This document shows positions 1 to 12,070 of a stretch of 64,000 nucleotides of DNA, in pieces. The stretch is taken from contig NC_058368.1 of assembly GCF_018350175.1 (NCBI RefSeq), positions 194,248,001 through 194,312,000 on the forward strand, read 5' to 3'. Both the position numbers and the translations under genes were made by a program. How positions within the stretch are numbered: position 1 is the first letter of the stretch; every line of letters begins with the position of its first letter. The notes below the pieces were generated by a model. That model ran no database searches. It was not told the origin of the DNA and saw only the letters and a list, made by a program, of their open reading frames with translations. Source of the DNA: Felis catus (Eukaryota).

Positions 1-676
1 TATGTAATTTTTGAGCTTTTTAAAAATTTTTATTCATTAAATTTAAATTAAAAAAAAATCACCCATCCCCCACCCCACCCCTGCAACCATCAATTTGTTT
101 TCTGTAATGAGCTGGGTTTTGTTTTGTTTTGAGATTCCAAATATGAGAAATCATACAGTATTTGTCTTTTTTTGGACTTATTCCACTTAGCATAATGCCT
201 TCAAGGTACATCCATGTTGTTGCAAATGGCAAGATTTGCTTATCCATTTGTCCACAAGTAGACACTTACGTTGTTTCCATATCTTGGCTATTGTTAAATA
301 ATGCTGCAGCGAACATGGGCATGTATGTATCTTTTCAAATTAGTGATTTAATTTTCTCTGGATAAAATACCCAGAAGTAGAATTGCTGGATCATATAATA
401 TTCTGTTTTTAATTTTTTGAGGAACCTCTATCTTGTTTTCCATAATGGTTACACCAATTTACATTCCCACCCACAATGCACACAAGTACCCTTTTCTCCA
501 AATCCTTGCTAACACTTGGTATTTCTTGTATTTTTGATGACAGCAATTTTAACGAGTATGAGGTGATATCCTCCTTGAGGCTTTGATTTGCATTTCCCTG
601 ATGATTAATGATGTTGAACAACTTTTCATGTATCTGTTGGCCATCTGTAGGTCTTCTTTGGAAAAATGTGTATTCA

Positions 677-887
677 GGGGCGTCTGAGTGGCTTAGTCAG
701 TTAAGTGTCCAACTTCGTCTTAGGTCATGATCTCGCAGTTCATGAATTTGAGCCCTGTGTCGGGCTCTGTGCTGACAGCTCAGAGTCTGGAGCCTGCTTC
801 AAATTCTGTGTCTTCCTCTCTGTCAGTCCCTCCCTTGCTTGCTCTCTGTCTCTCTTACTCTCAAAAATATATAAGTATAAAAAAAAA
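677..887 (+). mobile_element. Feliform CAN-SINE (tRNA-derived) inserted in L1
   Basis: ggggcgtctgagtggcttagtcagttaag head, CT-rich tract, A-tail. TSD aaaaatgtgtattcag / aaaaatgtgtagtcag. Confidence 0.95.
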
Positions 888-954
888 TGTGTAGTCAGAT
901 CCTCTTCCCGTTATTAGGTTGTTGGTTTTCTGTTTGTTATTTGTTCTGCTATGT

Positions 955-1168
955 TTTATTTTTTTATTTTATTAATTTTTTTATGTTTATTATTTTAGAC
1001 AGAGAATAAGTCAGGGACGGCAAAGAGAGGGGAGATACAGAATCCGAAGCAGGTTCCAGGCTCCAAGCTGTCAGCACAGAGCTCGACAAGGGGCTCAAAC
1101 CCATGAACCGTAAGATCATGACCCGAGCTGAAGTTAGGTGCTTAACTGACTGAGCCACCCAGGCGCCC
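955..1168 (-). mobile_element. Feliform CAN-SINE inserted in L1
   Basis: Ends with cttaactgactgagccacccaggcgccc (reverse complement of the SINE head). T-rich tail on the left. Confidence 0.95.
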
Positions 1169-1912
1169 AAGTTTTTGCTATATTTTAGATATTAGTCTCC
1201 TTACCATATATATGATTTACAATTATTTTCTCCCTTTAGTTGGTTCCTTTTCATTTTGTTGATGGTTTCCTTTGTTGTGCAGAAGCTTTTTAGCTTGATG
1301 TAGCCCCACGTGTTTATTTTTGCTTTTGGTATCAGATTTAAAATAATAATAATAACTCATCACTAAGACCTATGTCAAGGAGATAACTGCCTGTGTTTTC
1401 TTCCAAGAGTTTTATGGTTTTGGGTCTTAAATTCAAGTCTTTTTTTCCATTTTGAGTTAATTTTTGCATATGGCATAAGGTAGGGGTCCAGTTTCATTCT
1501 TTTCCATTGGCTGTTTTCCCCAACACCATTTACTGAAGAGAGTGTCCAAATTATTCTTACTATTTTGCTGAAAAATTGACTCCACTTTGATGAATACTCC
1601 TCCCACAACTTCTCAGCTGTTCCCCTCAGAGTGCTGGCTTACATGTTCTCTAACTTTTCTTGTAACCTTATAGTTCAATCACATTCGTTCTTTCCTTTGA
1701 AAATTTGGAAGATCTTTATTTACAGAGTGCTTTCTTACCCCAAAACAGGGGAAGCATTTTGCTTTTCAGAACAAGTCTGAACAAGCTAAAGTGGTAAGTA
1801 AAAAGAAACTACCATTCAACTTAGAAAAGAAAATCTCACCAATGAGAAAGTTAACTGCATAGGTTTAGTTTCCCAGACTTTGAAATCCCAGGGTTCATAT
1901 AGAAACTCAACA

Positions 1913-2055
1913 GGGGTGCCTGGGTGGCTCAGGCAGTTAACTGTCCAACTTTGGCTCAAGTCATGATCTCATGGTTTGTGGGTTCGAGCCTCACATTGGA
2001 TTCTGTGCTGATAGCTCGTGCTATGTCTCTCAAAAATAAATAAACGTTAGAAATA
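1913..2055 (+). mobile_element. CAN-SINE with internal deletion
   Basis: ggggtgcctgggtggctcaggcagttaa head. Jumps from gctgatagctc directly to tgtctctcaaaaataaataaacgtta. Confidence 0.9.
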
Positions 2056-2114
2056 GCACTGGGTGTTGCATGGAAACCAGTTTGACAAATTTCATATTAA
2101 AAAAAATTAAAAAT
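2056..2114 (+). mobile_element. Extreme 3' stub (about 45 nt plus A-tail) of a young felid L1
   Basis: gcactgggtgttgcatggaaaccagtttgacaaatttcatattaaaaa matches the 3' termini of the L1 copies ending near 17225 and 46625. Confidence 0.85.
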
Positions 2115-2439
2115 ATATATATTATTACACTATATATATATATATATATTTATATACACATTATTACACTAAAAAAAAAAGAAATATCACACAGCAAATG
2201 TAACCTGCCTCTTTCCTATAAACAATGGGGGTCATGTTTATATTATTGGGTCACAGAGAAATCATTTAGTCATAAGGGGACTAGGTATGAACTTTGGTTG
2301 ACAGGATACGGCCTATATCTCTAATTGCCTCAGAGCCTGGCATGAAGGAATGCAATGGAAGGAAAGAAAGATGGCAGGTTTTGCAGTCTGACAGACCTTC
2401 CCTTGCATTGTCCCCCTGCCACATTCCACCTGAGCTTTA

Positions 2440-2655
2440 CAATTAATACCCAGGGAAGACTTACTTGCATCAGTGCCCTGCATGCATTATCTCATTTCAT
2501 CCTCGGAACCCTCAGCTACTATTGCTACCGATTTTATGGATGAGGAAACAGATATAAAAGCAGTTGAAAGGACTTATCCAAGGTCACATAGCCTGAAGGT
2601 AGTGGTCTTATAATTTGATCCCAAGTTTACCTATCTGTAAAGTTTATCCTCTACA
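2440..2655 (-). mobile_element. MIR
   Basis: ttatctcatttcatcctc...ttttatggatgaggaaacag...gacttatccaaggtcacatagc matches the antisense MIR core. Confidence 0.8.
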
Positions 2656-4103
2656 TTTATTATTTTTAGTTTTTAAATGAGAAACGCTTACAGAACTTGG
2701 ACTTAACTTTTAGATTATTGTCAGGTAACATGTATGCTTTGCATTGTTCATTAAAAAAAGTTGACAACAGATCTCCTTCATTGTGATGACTGAAACTCCC
2801 AGCATATGTGATTATTCATCTAGAATCACTCACTAATAAGCAAATGCATTAACAGCCAAGCTAGAATGTCAAAGAATAAAAGATCCTGCCTGGGAAGAAG
2901 AAACTGCTGGGACTCCAGACAAGCTCTCCCCAGACTTGGAATCACTGAAGTATTCCTGCATGACCGGGAGAAGGATAGGGCCCTGGTCACTTAGAAATGG
3001 TGAATTAGAAAGGAGGAGAGAGATGGACTAGCACAATGCAAAGAGCTTTGGAGGGCCAACATGGTGGAGAAGTAGGGGGATCCAAAATTCCCTCATCTCT
3101 CCAACAAAGCAGTGTTGAAGCTAAAGGACTCTGAACTCTGAGAGTCTGGGAGGCAAAGAGACAGTCGCTTCCAGGGACCCACTGGGACAACCTGACAGAC
3201 CATAGGTGCATGATTGCGAACTGGGAGAGATAAAATGAATGGAGGGGAGGGACCCCCTTCTGCGGAGAGATCAAGGGAAGAGAAAGAGCGGCTGGGGAAG
3301 CATAGGACTATATCTTGACAAGAAAAACAAAACAAAACAAAACAAAACAAAACAAAACATGGACCAGGGAGGAGAAAGAGCCAATGTCTAAATGAAGGGT
3401 TTTCTCCAGACCAGAGCAGGCTGCCTGGATCACGCATCTGGGGAGGAGCCACCCCTGGCCTGGTGGCAAGGTCAGGGGCACAGTCCACCAAAGGAGAAAG
3501 TGATCCCATCCCTGGAGTGCTGTGGGACAGGACAAAGCCTGCCTGCACCCGCCAGCCAGGAACCACATACCTGGTGGCACAGAGCGGTACTCCCCTAGTA
3601 CCAGGGCGTACAAAACAGGAGTTTGAATACCAGTGGAGCGCCAGGGCCAGGATTTGGCGGAGACAAACCACCTTGTTTGTACCCACGGCACAGTGAGGAC
3701 GACTCAAACAGAGTGGCTTTGGACACCGGATTCATGAAGGAGCAACTGAGGGTCACCATTTTTCTCACCACCACCACCAAGGCAGGGACTCAGGGATCAG
3801 GCCATGGGGCCCACAGTGGAGGTAGGACCAACCTACACCAAACCACACCCCTCCACACCTGCTAACTGCGTATCTACCCGAGCGGGGTAGACACTGAGGA
3901 ACCAGAAGGACCTCTCCTCCTGACCAGAGCTGCTGCATTGCCTGGATTAATTCTCAGACAATTCTTGTTATATAGATATATTCTTCCTTCCTTTTCTCCT
4001 TCTTATCTATTCCCTCATCTAGTCTGGTTACTCTCGCTGTTGGTTTGTTTAAACAGACATATTTAATCCATTCTCTGGATACATGTTCCACACCTCCTTC
4101 TTA

Positions 4104-4173
4104 CTCTCTCTCTCTCTCTCTCCCTCTCTCTCCCTCTCTCTCCCTCTCTCTCCCTCTCTCTCCCTCTCTCTCT
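4104..4173 (+). repeat. (CT)n/(CCCTCTCTCT)n tract in the L1 5' UTR
   Basis: Read directly from the sequence. Confidence 0.9.
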
Positions 4174-4719
4174 GGATTAAGCCATATAGTTTCTCTGTCT
4201 GGATAACTTTTTTTTTTCCCCCTCCTCCATCTTTATTTTCCTCTCTCTCTCTCTCTGGATTAAGCCATTTAGTTTCTCTATCTGGTCAATTTTTATTTTT
4301 TCTTTTTCCCCACCCCCATCTTTTCTCTCTTTGTATGGAATAAGGCCTCTTCCATCAGCACCACCTCCACCCTGTTGTTTACTTGTAGCTGGTGTTTCTG
4401 GTTTTCTTTTTTTTTGGGGGGGGGGGTTGTTTGTTTAATGTGTTTTTGTTTTCTGTTTGTTTTTTGTTTACTTTCTTTTTCAGGGCTCCTTCAACAAACA
4501 AATCAAAGCACACGTGGTGGAAGGTTCAAAACAGCACTATAGTAGGGAGATAAAGTAATCAAAGTCACAACAACAGAGAGCAAGTAACACTCTCCAAAAA
4601 ACACCTCCTAAAGGGCCAGGCCCTGGACAGTGTATGACCCCTTTTTAACATACTAGTGCTCGCAGGTGCAGGGCACATAACAGGCTTTAAAAACACATAA
4701 GGGACAGAAACTACCCAAA

Positions 4720-5605
4720 ATGATGAAAGGGAAGAATTCTCAAAAGGAATTCCAGGAAAAATGGCAGCTAAAGAACTGCTCAAAACATATATAAACAATA
4801 TAACTGAACAAGAATTTAGAGTAATAGTCATGAGATTAATCGCTAGAATTTAAAAAAGCATGGAAGACAGCAGAGAATCTATTGCTGCAGAGATCAAGGA
4901 ACTAAAAAATAGTCATGATGAATTTAAAAAATGCTGTAAATGAGGTGCAAAATAGACTAGAGGTGGTGACAGCGAGAATTGAAGAGGCAGAGGGGAAAAT
5001 AGGTGAAATAGAAGATAAAATTATGGGAAAGGATGAAGCTGAGAAAAAGAGAGACACAAGAATTCTGGATCATGAGGGGAGAATTAGAGAACTAAGTGAT
5101 TCAATGAAATGGAACAATATCTATATCATAGGAGTTCCAGAGGAAGAAGAGAGAGAGAAAGGAGCTGAAGGTGTGCTTGAACAAATCATAGCTGAGAACT
5201 TCCCCAATCTGGGGAAGGAAACAGACATTAACCCAGGAGGCACAGAGAACTCCCTTCAGACGTAACTTGAATTGATCTTCTGCACAACATATCATAGTGA
5301 AACTGGCAAAATACAAAGATAAATAGAAAATTCTGAAGGCAGATACGGATAAATGGGCCTTAATCTACAAAGGTAGATACATAAGGGTAGTAGCAGACAT
5401 ATCTACTAAAACTTGTCAGGCCAGAAAGGAATGGCAGGAAATTTTCAACGTGACGAATAGAAAAAATATGCAGCCAATAATCCTTTATCCAGCAAGCCTG
5501 TCATTCAGAATAGGAGAGATAAAAGTTTTCCTAAACAAACAACACTGAAGGAATTCATCACCCCCTAAACCGCCCTACAAGAGATCCTAAGGGGGACTCT
5601 GAGAG
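4720..5605 (+). pseudogene. L1 ORF1p remnant (frameshifts and stops)
   Basis: ATG at 4720. ORF 4915-5265 gives coiled-coil and RRM-like L1 ORF1 sequence (RIEEAEGKIGEIEDK...NNIYIIGVPEEEEREKG...IIAENFPNL). Confidence 0.9.
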
Positions 5606-5667
5606 TGTTGCAAAGACTGCAAATGACCAGAGGCATCACTACAAGCATGAAACCTACAGATAACACA

Positions 5668-8600
5668 ATGACCCTAAACCCATATCTTTCAATAATAACA
5701 CTGAATGTAGTCCATTTAGTCCATTGACTAAATGCTCCAATCAAAAGACATAGGGTATCATAAAGAATTAAAAAAAACAAGACCCATCTATTTGCTCTCT
5801 ACAAAAGACCCATTTTAGACCTGAGGACACCTTCAGATTGAAAGTGAGGGGATGGAGAACCATCTATCATGTTAATGGAAGTCAAAAGAAAGCTGGAGTA
5901 GCCATACTTACACCAGACAAACTAGATTTTAAACTAAAGACTGTAACAAGAGATGAAGAAGGGCATTATATAATAATTATGGGGTCTATCCATCAGGAAG
6001 AGTGAACAATTATAAATATCTATGCACCAAATTCAGAAGCACCCAAATATATAAAACAATTAGTCACAAACATAAGCAATCTTATTGGTAAGAATGTGAT
6101 AATTGCAGGGGACTTTAATACTCCGCTTACAACAATAGACAGATAATCTTGACAGAAAATCAGTAAAGAAACAATGGCCCTGAAATATACACTGGACCAC
6201 ATGGACTTGACAGACATATTTAGAACTCTACATCCCAAAGCAGCAGAATATACATTCTTCTCGAGTGTACATGGAACATTCTCCAAGATGGATCACATAC
6301 TGTTCACAAAACAGCCCTCAATAAATAAAAAAGAATTGAGATCATACCATGCACACTTTCAGATCACAATGCTATGAAACTTGAAATCAATCACAGGAAA
6401 AAGTTTGGAAAACCTCCAAATGAATGAAGGTTAAAGAACATCCTACTAAAGAATGAATGGGTCAACCAGGAAATTAAAGAAGAAATTAAAAAATACATGG
6501 AAAAAAATAAAAATGAAAACACAACAATCCAAACCCTTTGCAGCCAAGGCAGTCCTGAGAGGAAAATACATTGCAATCCAGACCTATTTCAAGAAACAAG
6601 AAAAACCCCAAATACAAAATCTAACAGCACACCTAAAGGAACTAGAAGCAGAACAACAAAGAAACCCCAAACCCAGCAGAAGAGAGAAATAATATCAGAG
6701 CAGAAATAAACAATATAGAATCCAAAAAAACAGTAGAACAGATCAATAAAACTAAGAGTTGGTTTTTTGAAAAGATAAACAAAATTGATAAACCTCTAGC
6801 CAGGCTTCTCAAAAAGAAAAGAGAGAGGATCCAAATAGATAAAAATCATGAATGAAAGTGGATCTACTACAACCAATCCCTCAGAAATACAAGCAATTAT
6901 CAGAGAATACTATGAAAAATTATATACCAACAAACAGGACAACCTGGAAGTAATGGACAATTTCCTAGACACCGACACACTACCAAAACTCAAATAGGAA
7001 GAAACTGAAAATTTGAACAGACCTATAACTAGTGAAAAAAATCGAATCAGTTATCAAAAATCTCCCAGTAAGAGTCCTGGACCAGATGGCTTCCCTGGGG
7101 AATTCTACCAGACACTTAAAGCGAGTTTATACAGATCCTTCTCAAGCTGTTCCAAAAAAAATAAATGGAAGGAAAACTTCCAGACTCACTCTATGAAGCC
7201 AGCATTACCTTGAATCCTAAACCAGACAGAGACCCCCACAAAAAAGGAGAACTACAGGCCAATATCCCTGATGAACATAGATGCAAAAAAATTTCAACAA
7301 GATATTAGCAAATCGAATTCAACAGCATATAAAAAGAATTAGGATTCATTCCTGGGCTGCAGGGTGGTTCAATATTTGCAAAATCAATGTGATACATCAT
7401 ATTAATAAAATAATGGATAAGAACCATATGATCCTGTCAATAGATGCAGAAAAAGCATTTGACAAAATACAACATCCTTTCTTAATAAAAACCCTCGAGA
7501 AATCAGGATAGAAGGAACATACTTGAACATCATAAAAGCCATATATGAAAATCCCACAGCTAATATCATCCTCAATGGTGAAAAACTGAAAGCTTTCCCC
7601 CTAAGATCACGAACACGACTGGGATGTCCACTCTCACCACTGTTGTTTAACATAGAGTTGGAAGTTCTAGCATCAGCAATCAGACAACAAAATGAAACAA
7701 AATGCATCAAAATTGGCAAAGAAGTAAAACTTTCGCTCTTTGCAGATGGCATGATACTCTACATGGAAAACCCGAAAGACTCCACCAAAAGACTGCTAGA
7801 ACTGATACATGAATTCAGCAAAGTTGCAGGGTACAAAAATCAATGTACAGAAATCGGTTGCATTTTTATACACCAATAGTGAAGGGACAGAAATAGAAAT
7901 AAACTGATCCCATTTACAATTGCACCAAGAATGATAAAATACCTAAGAATAAACCTAACAAAAGATGTAAAAGACCTGTGTGCTGAAAACTATAGAAAGC
8001 TCATGAAGGAAATTGAAGAAGATATAAATAAATGGAAAAACATTCCATGCTCATGGATTGGAAGAATAAATATTGTCAAAATGTCAATACTACCCAAAGC
8101 AATCTACACATTCAATGCAGTCCCAATCAAAATTGCACCAGCATTCTTCTCAAAGCTAGAACAAACAATCCTAAAATTTATATGGAACCACAAAAGACCC
8201 TGAATAGCCAAAATAATATTGAGGAAGGAAACCAAAGCAGGAGGCATCACAATTCCAGACTTTAGCTTATACTACAAAGCTGTAATCATCAAGATAGTAT
8301 GGTATTGGCACAAAAATAGACACATAGAATAGAATAGAGACTCCAGAATTGGACCCACAAATGTATGGCCAACTAATCTTTCACAAAGTAGGAAAAAACA
8401 TCCAATGGAAAAAAGACAGTCTCTTTAGCAAATGGTGCTGGGAAAACTGAACAGCAACATGCAGAAGAATGAAACTAGACCACTTTCTTATACCATACAG
8501 AAAAATAAACTCAAAATGGATGAAAGACCTAAATCTCAGAAAGGAAACCATCAAAATCCTAGAGGAGAAAGCAGGCAACAACCTCTTTGACCTCAACCGC

Positions 8601-9420
8601 AGCAATTTCTTGCTCAACACATCACCAAAGGCAAGGGAATTAAAAGCAGAAATGAACTATTAGGACCTCATCAAGATAAAAAGCTTCTGCACTGCAAAGG
8701 AAACAATCAACAAAATAAAATGGGAATGGGAAAAGATATTTGCAAATGACATATCGAGTAAAGGGTTAGTATCCAAAATCTACAAAGAACTCACCAAACT
8801 CCACACCTGAAAAACAAATGATCCAGTGAAGAAATGAGCAGACATGAATAGACACTTCTCCAAAGGAGACATCCAGATGGCCAACCAACACATGAAAAGA
8901 TGTTCAACGTCACTCTTCATCAGAGAAATACAAATCAAAGCCACACTGAGAAACCACCTCACACCAGTCAGAGTGGCTAAAATGAACAAATCAGGAAACA
9001 ACAGATGCTGGCGAAGATGTGGAGAAATGGGAACCCTTTTACACTGTTGGGAATGCAAACTGGAAAACAGTGTGGAGGTACCTCAAACAATTAATATTAG
9101 AGCTACTCTATGACCCAGCAATAGCAATACTAGGAATTTACCCAAGGGATACAGGAATGCTGATGCATAGGGACACATGTACCCCAATGTTTATAGCAGC
9201 ACTTTCAACAATAGCCAAATTATGGAAAGAGCCTAAATGTCCATCAACTAATGACTGGATAAAGATATAGTTTATATATTCAATGGAATACTACTTGGCA
9301 ATGAGAAAGAATGAAATCACGCCATTTGCAGCAACGTGCATAGAACTGGAAAGTATTATGCTGAGTGAAATAAGTCATTCAGAGGATGACATATATGTTT
9401 TCAGTCATATGTGGATCTTG
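5668..9420 (+). pseudogene. L1 ORF2p remnant (endonuclease / reverse transcriptase / C-terminal domain), multiply disrupted
   Basis: MTLNPYLSIITLNV start at 5668. Fragments include [41 protein letters not shown] (FADD mutated) and [14 protein letters not shown]. Confidence 0.95.
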
Positions 9421-9655
9421 AGAAACTTAACAGAAGACCATGGGGGAAGGGAAGGGGAAAAAATAGTTACAAGCAGAGAGGGAGGGAGGCAAACCATAAG
9501 AGACTCTTAAATACTAAGAACTAAGGTGGATGGTGGGTTGTGGAGAGGGAAAATGGGTGATGGGCATTGAGGAAGGCACTTGTTGGGATGAGCACTGGAT
9601 GTTGTATGTAAGCCAATTTGCCAATACATTATATTCATAAAAAAAGAGCTTTGGA

Positions 9656-9810
9656 TTGTAGATAAAAGGTCTGGGTTTGAGCCCCAATTCTTCCCTGGTC
9701 TCCAGTAAGTCCCTGAGCTGAATTCTCTTATTTATATACAAGAACTAATCATTATTGTCTCTCTGGAAGTTGTCCTGGGGGATCAAAACATGCACATAAA
9801 TATGAGACTT
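9656..9810 (+). mobile_element. Degenerate MIR, continuing the MIR head at about 3028-3052 that was split by the L1
   Basis: The reconstructed empty site gcacaatgcaaagagctttgga|ttgtagataaaaggtctgggtttgagccccaattct resembles the MIR 5' tRNA-like part. Confidence 0.55.
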
Positions 9811-11879
9811 CTCAGAGGCCCAAGGCCAGGCTGTTTTAAGTGTGCTCTGAAAGAGAATTCCTTCAAAAAGAAAAAAAAATAGATAATGATAGGGAATAAG
9901 AATGATTTTAGGCAGGGTATGCAGTCGCTGTTCACCAGGGGCTCTACCGGTCCCAAATGCTTTTTATTTTTGCCACACGCCTCTTTTACAGGCATTTCTG
10001 TTTGTACTTCTACTAAATATTAATCATTCTTTATGATCAAGACGGAATACAATGAAGTTCACTTGTGTCACCAATTGATTCAACCTTCTGAAAATTACTA
10101 AAGCAGAAGGACTACAGCATGGGTTGAGTGAGTAGAGATTTGAGAAAATGAATCCCCCAGCCACACATTCAACTCAGAGGAAAAGAGCAGGGGAGCAAAG
10201 AGAATAGTTTTACAATATCTTGCCTCATATTCCAGAGAAGGTGCCATTCTCCTAGCTCTTGGAATGATGCCGTTGAGATGGGGAGGAAAGTTGGGACACA
10301 TCCCTTTTCTATAATTATTTTGAGCATCCAGGATTTATCAAGTAATAGATGCTACACCAACGAGGAGAACAAGAAAAGCCAAATGCATAGTAGAGGAGGA
10401 AAGATATGAAAAAGGAGAATGAATTTGGGTATCCAAAAGGACTGATCATTAAGCAGTAATAAGAATTTAAAAGCCATCCTCTGAAAGGCTTCAAACAAGT
10501 ATCTCTGGAGTGTTCTGGCAGGCTGGTCAGAGGACAAATTCAGGAATTGCAATTCAAATAGCAACTGGCCATTCATCCTGAAAATAAATCTAGTCTGGTC
10601 ATTATTTACCCAGCAGTGATCTTTGATTGCTAAATGAATCTGTGGCACCTAATGTTTTTTCCCCAACTCTTTGATGTTTAGTGTCAACCAGGCATTTAAT
10701 AAATGTCAACAGAGATACTGTATTTATGGGAATATATTCAGTGAAAGATTAAATTAGGCACTGCAACCTGACTACCTACTGAGCAGGGAAGAATTCTGTG
10801 CTAGAAAAAAACATTACCATCATAAGGATAAAAAGAATTTCAAATAAGAGACTTAGGATTTTTGTCCCCAAAATGCACGGTGTGAGTTTTCATCCTCAAA
10901 CTAGGATATGTGTGGCTTGGTCTGGTTTCAAATGCCCTCCTGGTGCCCCTTATCTATCATGGCCTTTGAGACTCATTTCCACCCAGATACTTTCCCTGAT
11001 TAGCCCCATCGCACTCATATCATTCTTTGTATCCGAACTCCTCCGTCAAAACATTCAGGCAGCATAGAAAGACTACCATACTTATAATCTGAACATCAGT
11101 GCTTCAGTAATAATTCCTTTCCCCTCTACCATGAGACCATTGGACCTCAGATCACCCATAAGTACAACAGGTGTTACACAAGTGCATGTGCTGTTACAGC
11201 TATAGCATGTCCAACATTGCCTTCTAATAGCTGCACCACTGTTTTCAAGATGTTTGATTTGTTAAAACTTGATTGGCATATTAGAGGACGATTACAAAGA
11301 ACAGAGTTACAGATAAAGAAACATAGCAAAGGTAAAGAAATATGTGTTCAAGTTCATGTAAGATGAAGACAGATTCCAGACATGCAGAGAAAAATACAAA
11401 AGAGAGTTATGGCAGTTATAGGTTAAATAAGAACAGCTCTAGTGGACAGGTTTGAATTCTGCTCCAGGGCGGATTATAGTTGCACCCTCTCTGCACTCCT
11501 GGCTGCAAGTTGGTGGTACTCAACCAAAACCAAAAGTGATTAAACAAAACCATAAAGTCGGGGAGCAAAGGTGAATCCACAGTAGGATTTAGTCATCTTA
11601 TCTCTGTAGGCCTCAAAAACTTTAAGGCAACTGTTCGTCATCAAATTTGGCCCAGTGTAAAATATCAAGAACTACTCAGAAGAACCACAGCTGTAAATGT
11701 TCAGAGAGCCACACCCTTGCTAGTAGTAAGTGACTTTCAATACAATTTGATTCCCTACCATACGTGAAAGATTGCATTCTTAGAAACATGGTAGATATAA
11801 TTGAAAAATCAGGGTTTATTTTATTTTTCCATTATTTTTGTTTCATCCACTGTCTTCATTTCCATTGGCTGTATTAAAA

Positions 11880-12070
11880 ATAGCTAACAGTGAGACTTCT
11901 TAGATATCAAACACTGGACAAATACTTTAGATAGCAGTATCTTATTTAATCCTCATAACCAATCCTTTTACAGATGAGACAATGGAAACCTAGAGACATG
12001 AAGTACCAGGTGCAAAAATCAAAGAGTAATAGATAAAGTCAGAATATGAGCCTAGTGCTGTCTGATTTAG
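11880..12070 (-). mobile_element. MIR
   Basis: tatcttatttaatcctcataacc...ttttacagatgag. Confidence 0.8.

Larger units (their letters stand above)
20..1580 (-). mobile_element. Older L1 3' portion (3' UTR and ORF2 C-terminus), interrupted by two SINEs
   Basis: Minus-strand ORF fragments match the L1 ORF2 C-terminus (ILPFATTWMYLEGIMLS; MKLDPYLMPYAKINSKW). Typical antisense L1 text such as ttgatttgcatttccctgatgattaatgatgttgaac. Ends approximate. Confidence 0.9.
3053..9642 (+). mobile_element. Full-length (about 6.6 kb) carnivoran/felid LINE-1, inactivated
   Basis: Starts gggccaacatggtgg (decayed caagatggcgg YY1-type start). About 1.67 kb 5' UTR, ORF1 and ORF2 remnants, 3' UTR and short A-tail. 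Perfect 13-bp TSD aaagagctttgga at 3040-3052 and 9643-9655. Confidence 0.97.

Noticed and set aside
3093..3707. 204-aa antisense ORF in the L1 5' UTR (ORF0-like?)
   Set aside because: It starts at TTG rather than ATG, runs through a (TTTTG)n repeat and lies in GC-richer UTR where long ORFs arise by chance. No recognisable protein.
9918..9948. CTCF-like tcaccaggggctct
   Set aside because: It lacks one G of the core, so the conserved GGC positions do not align.
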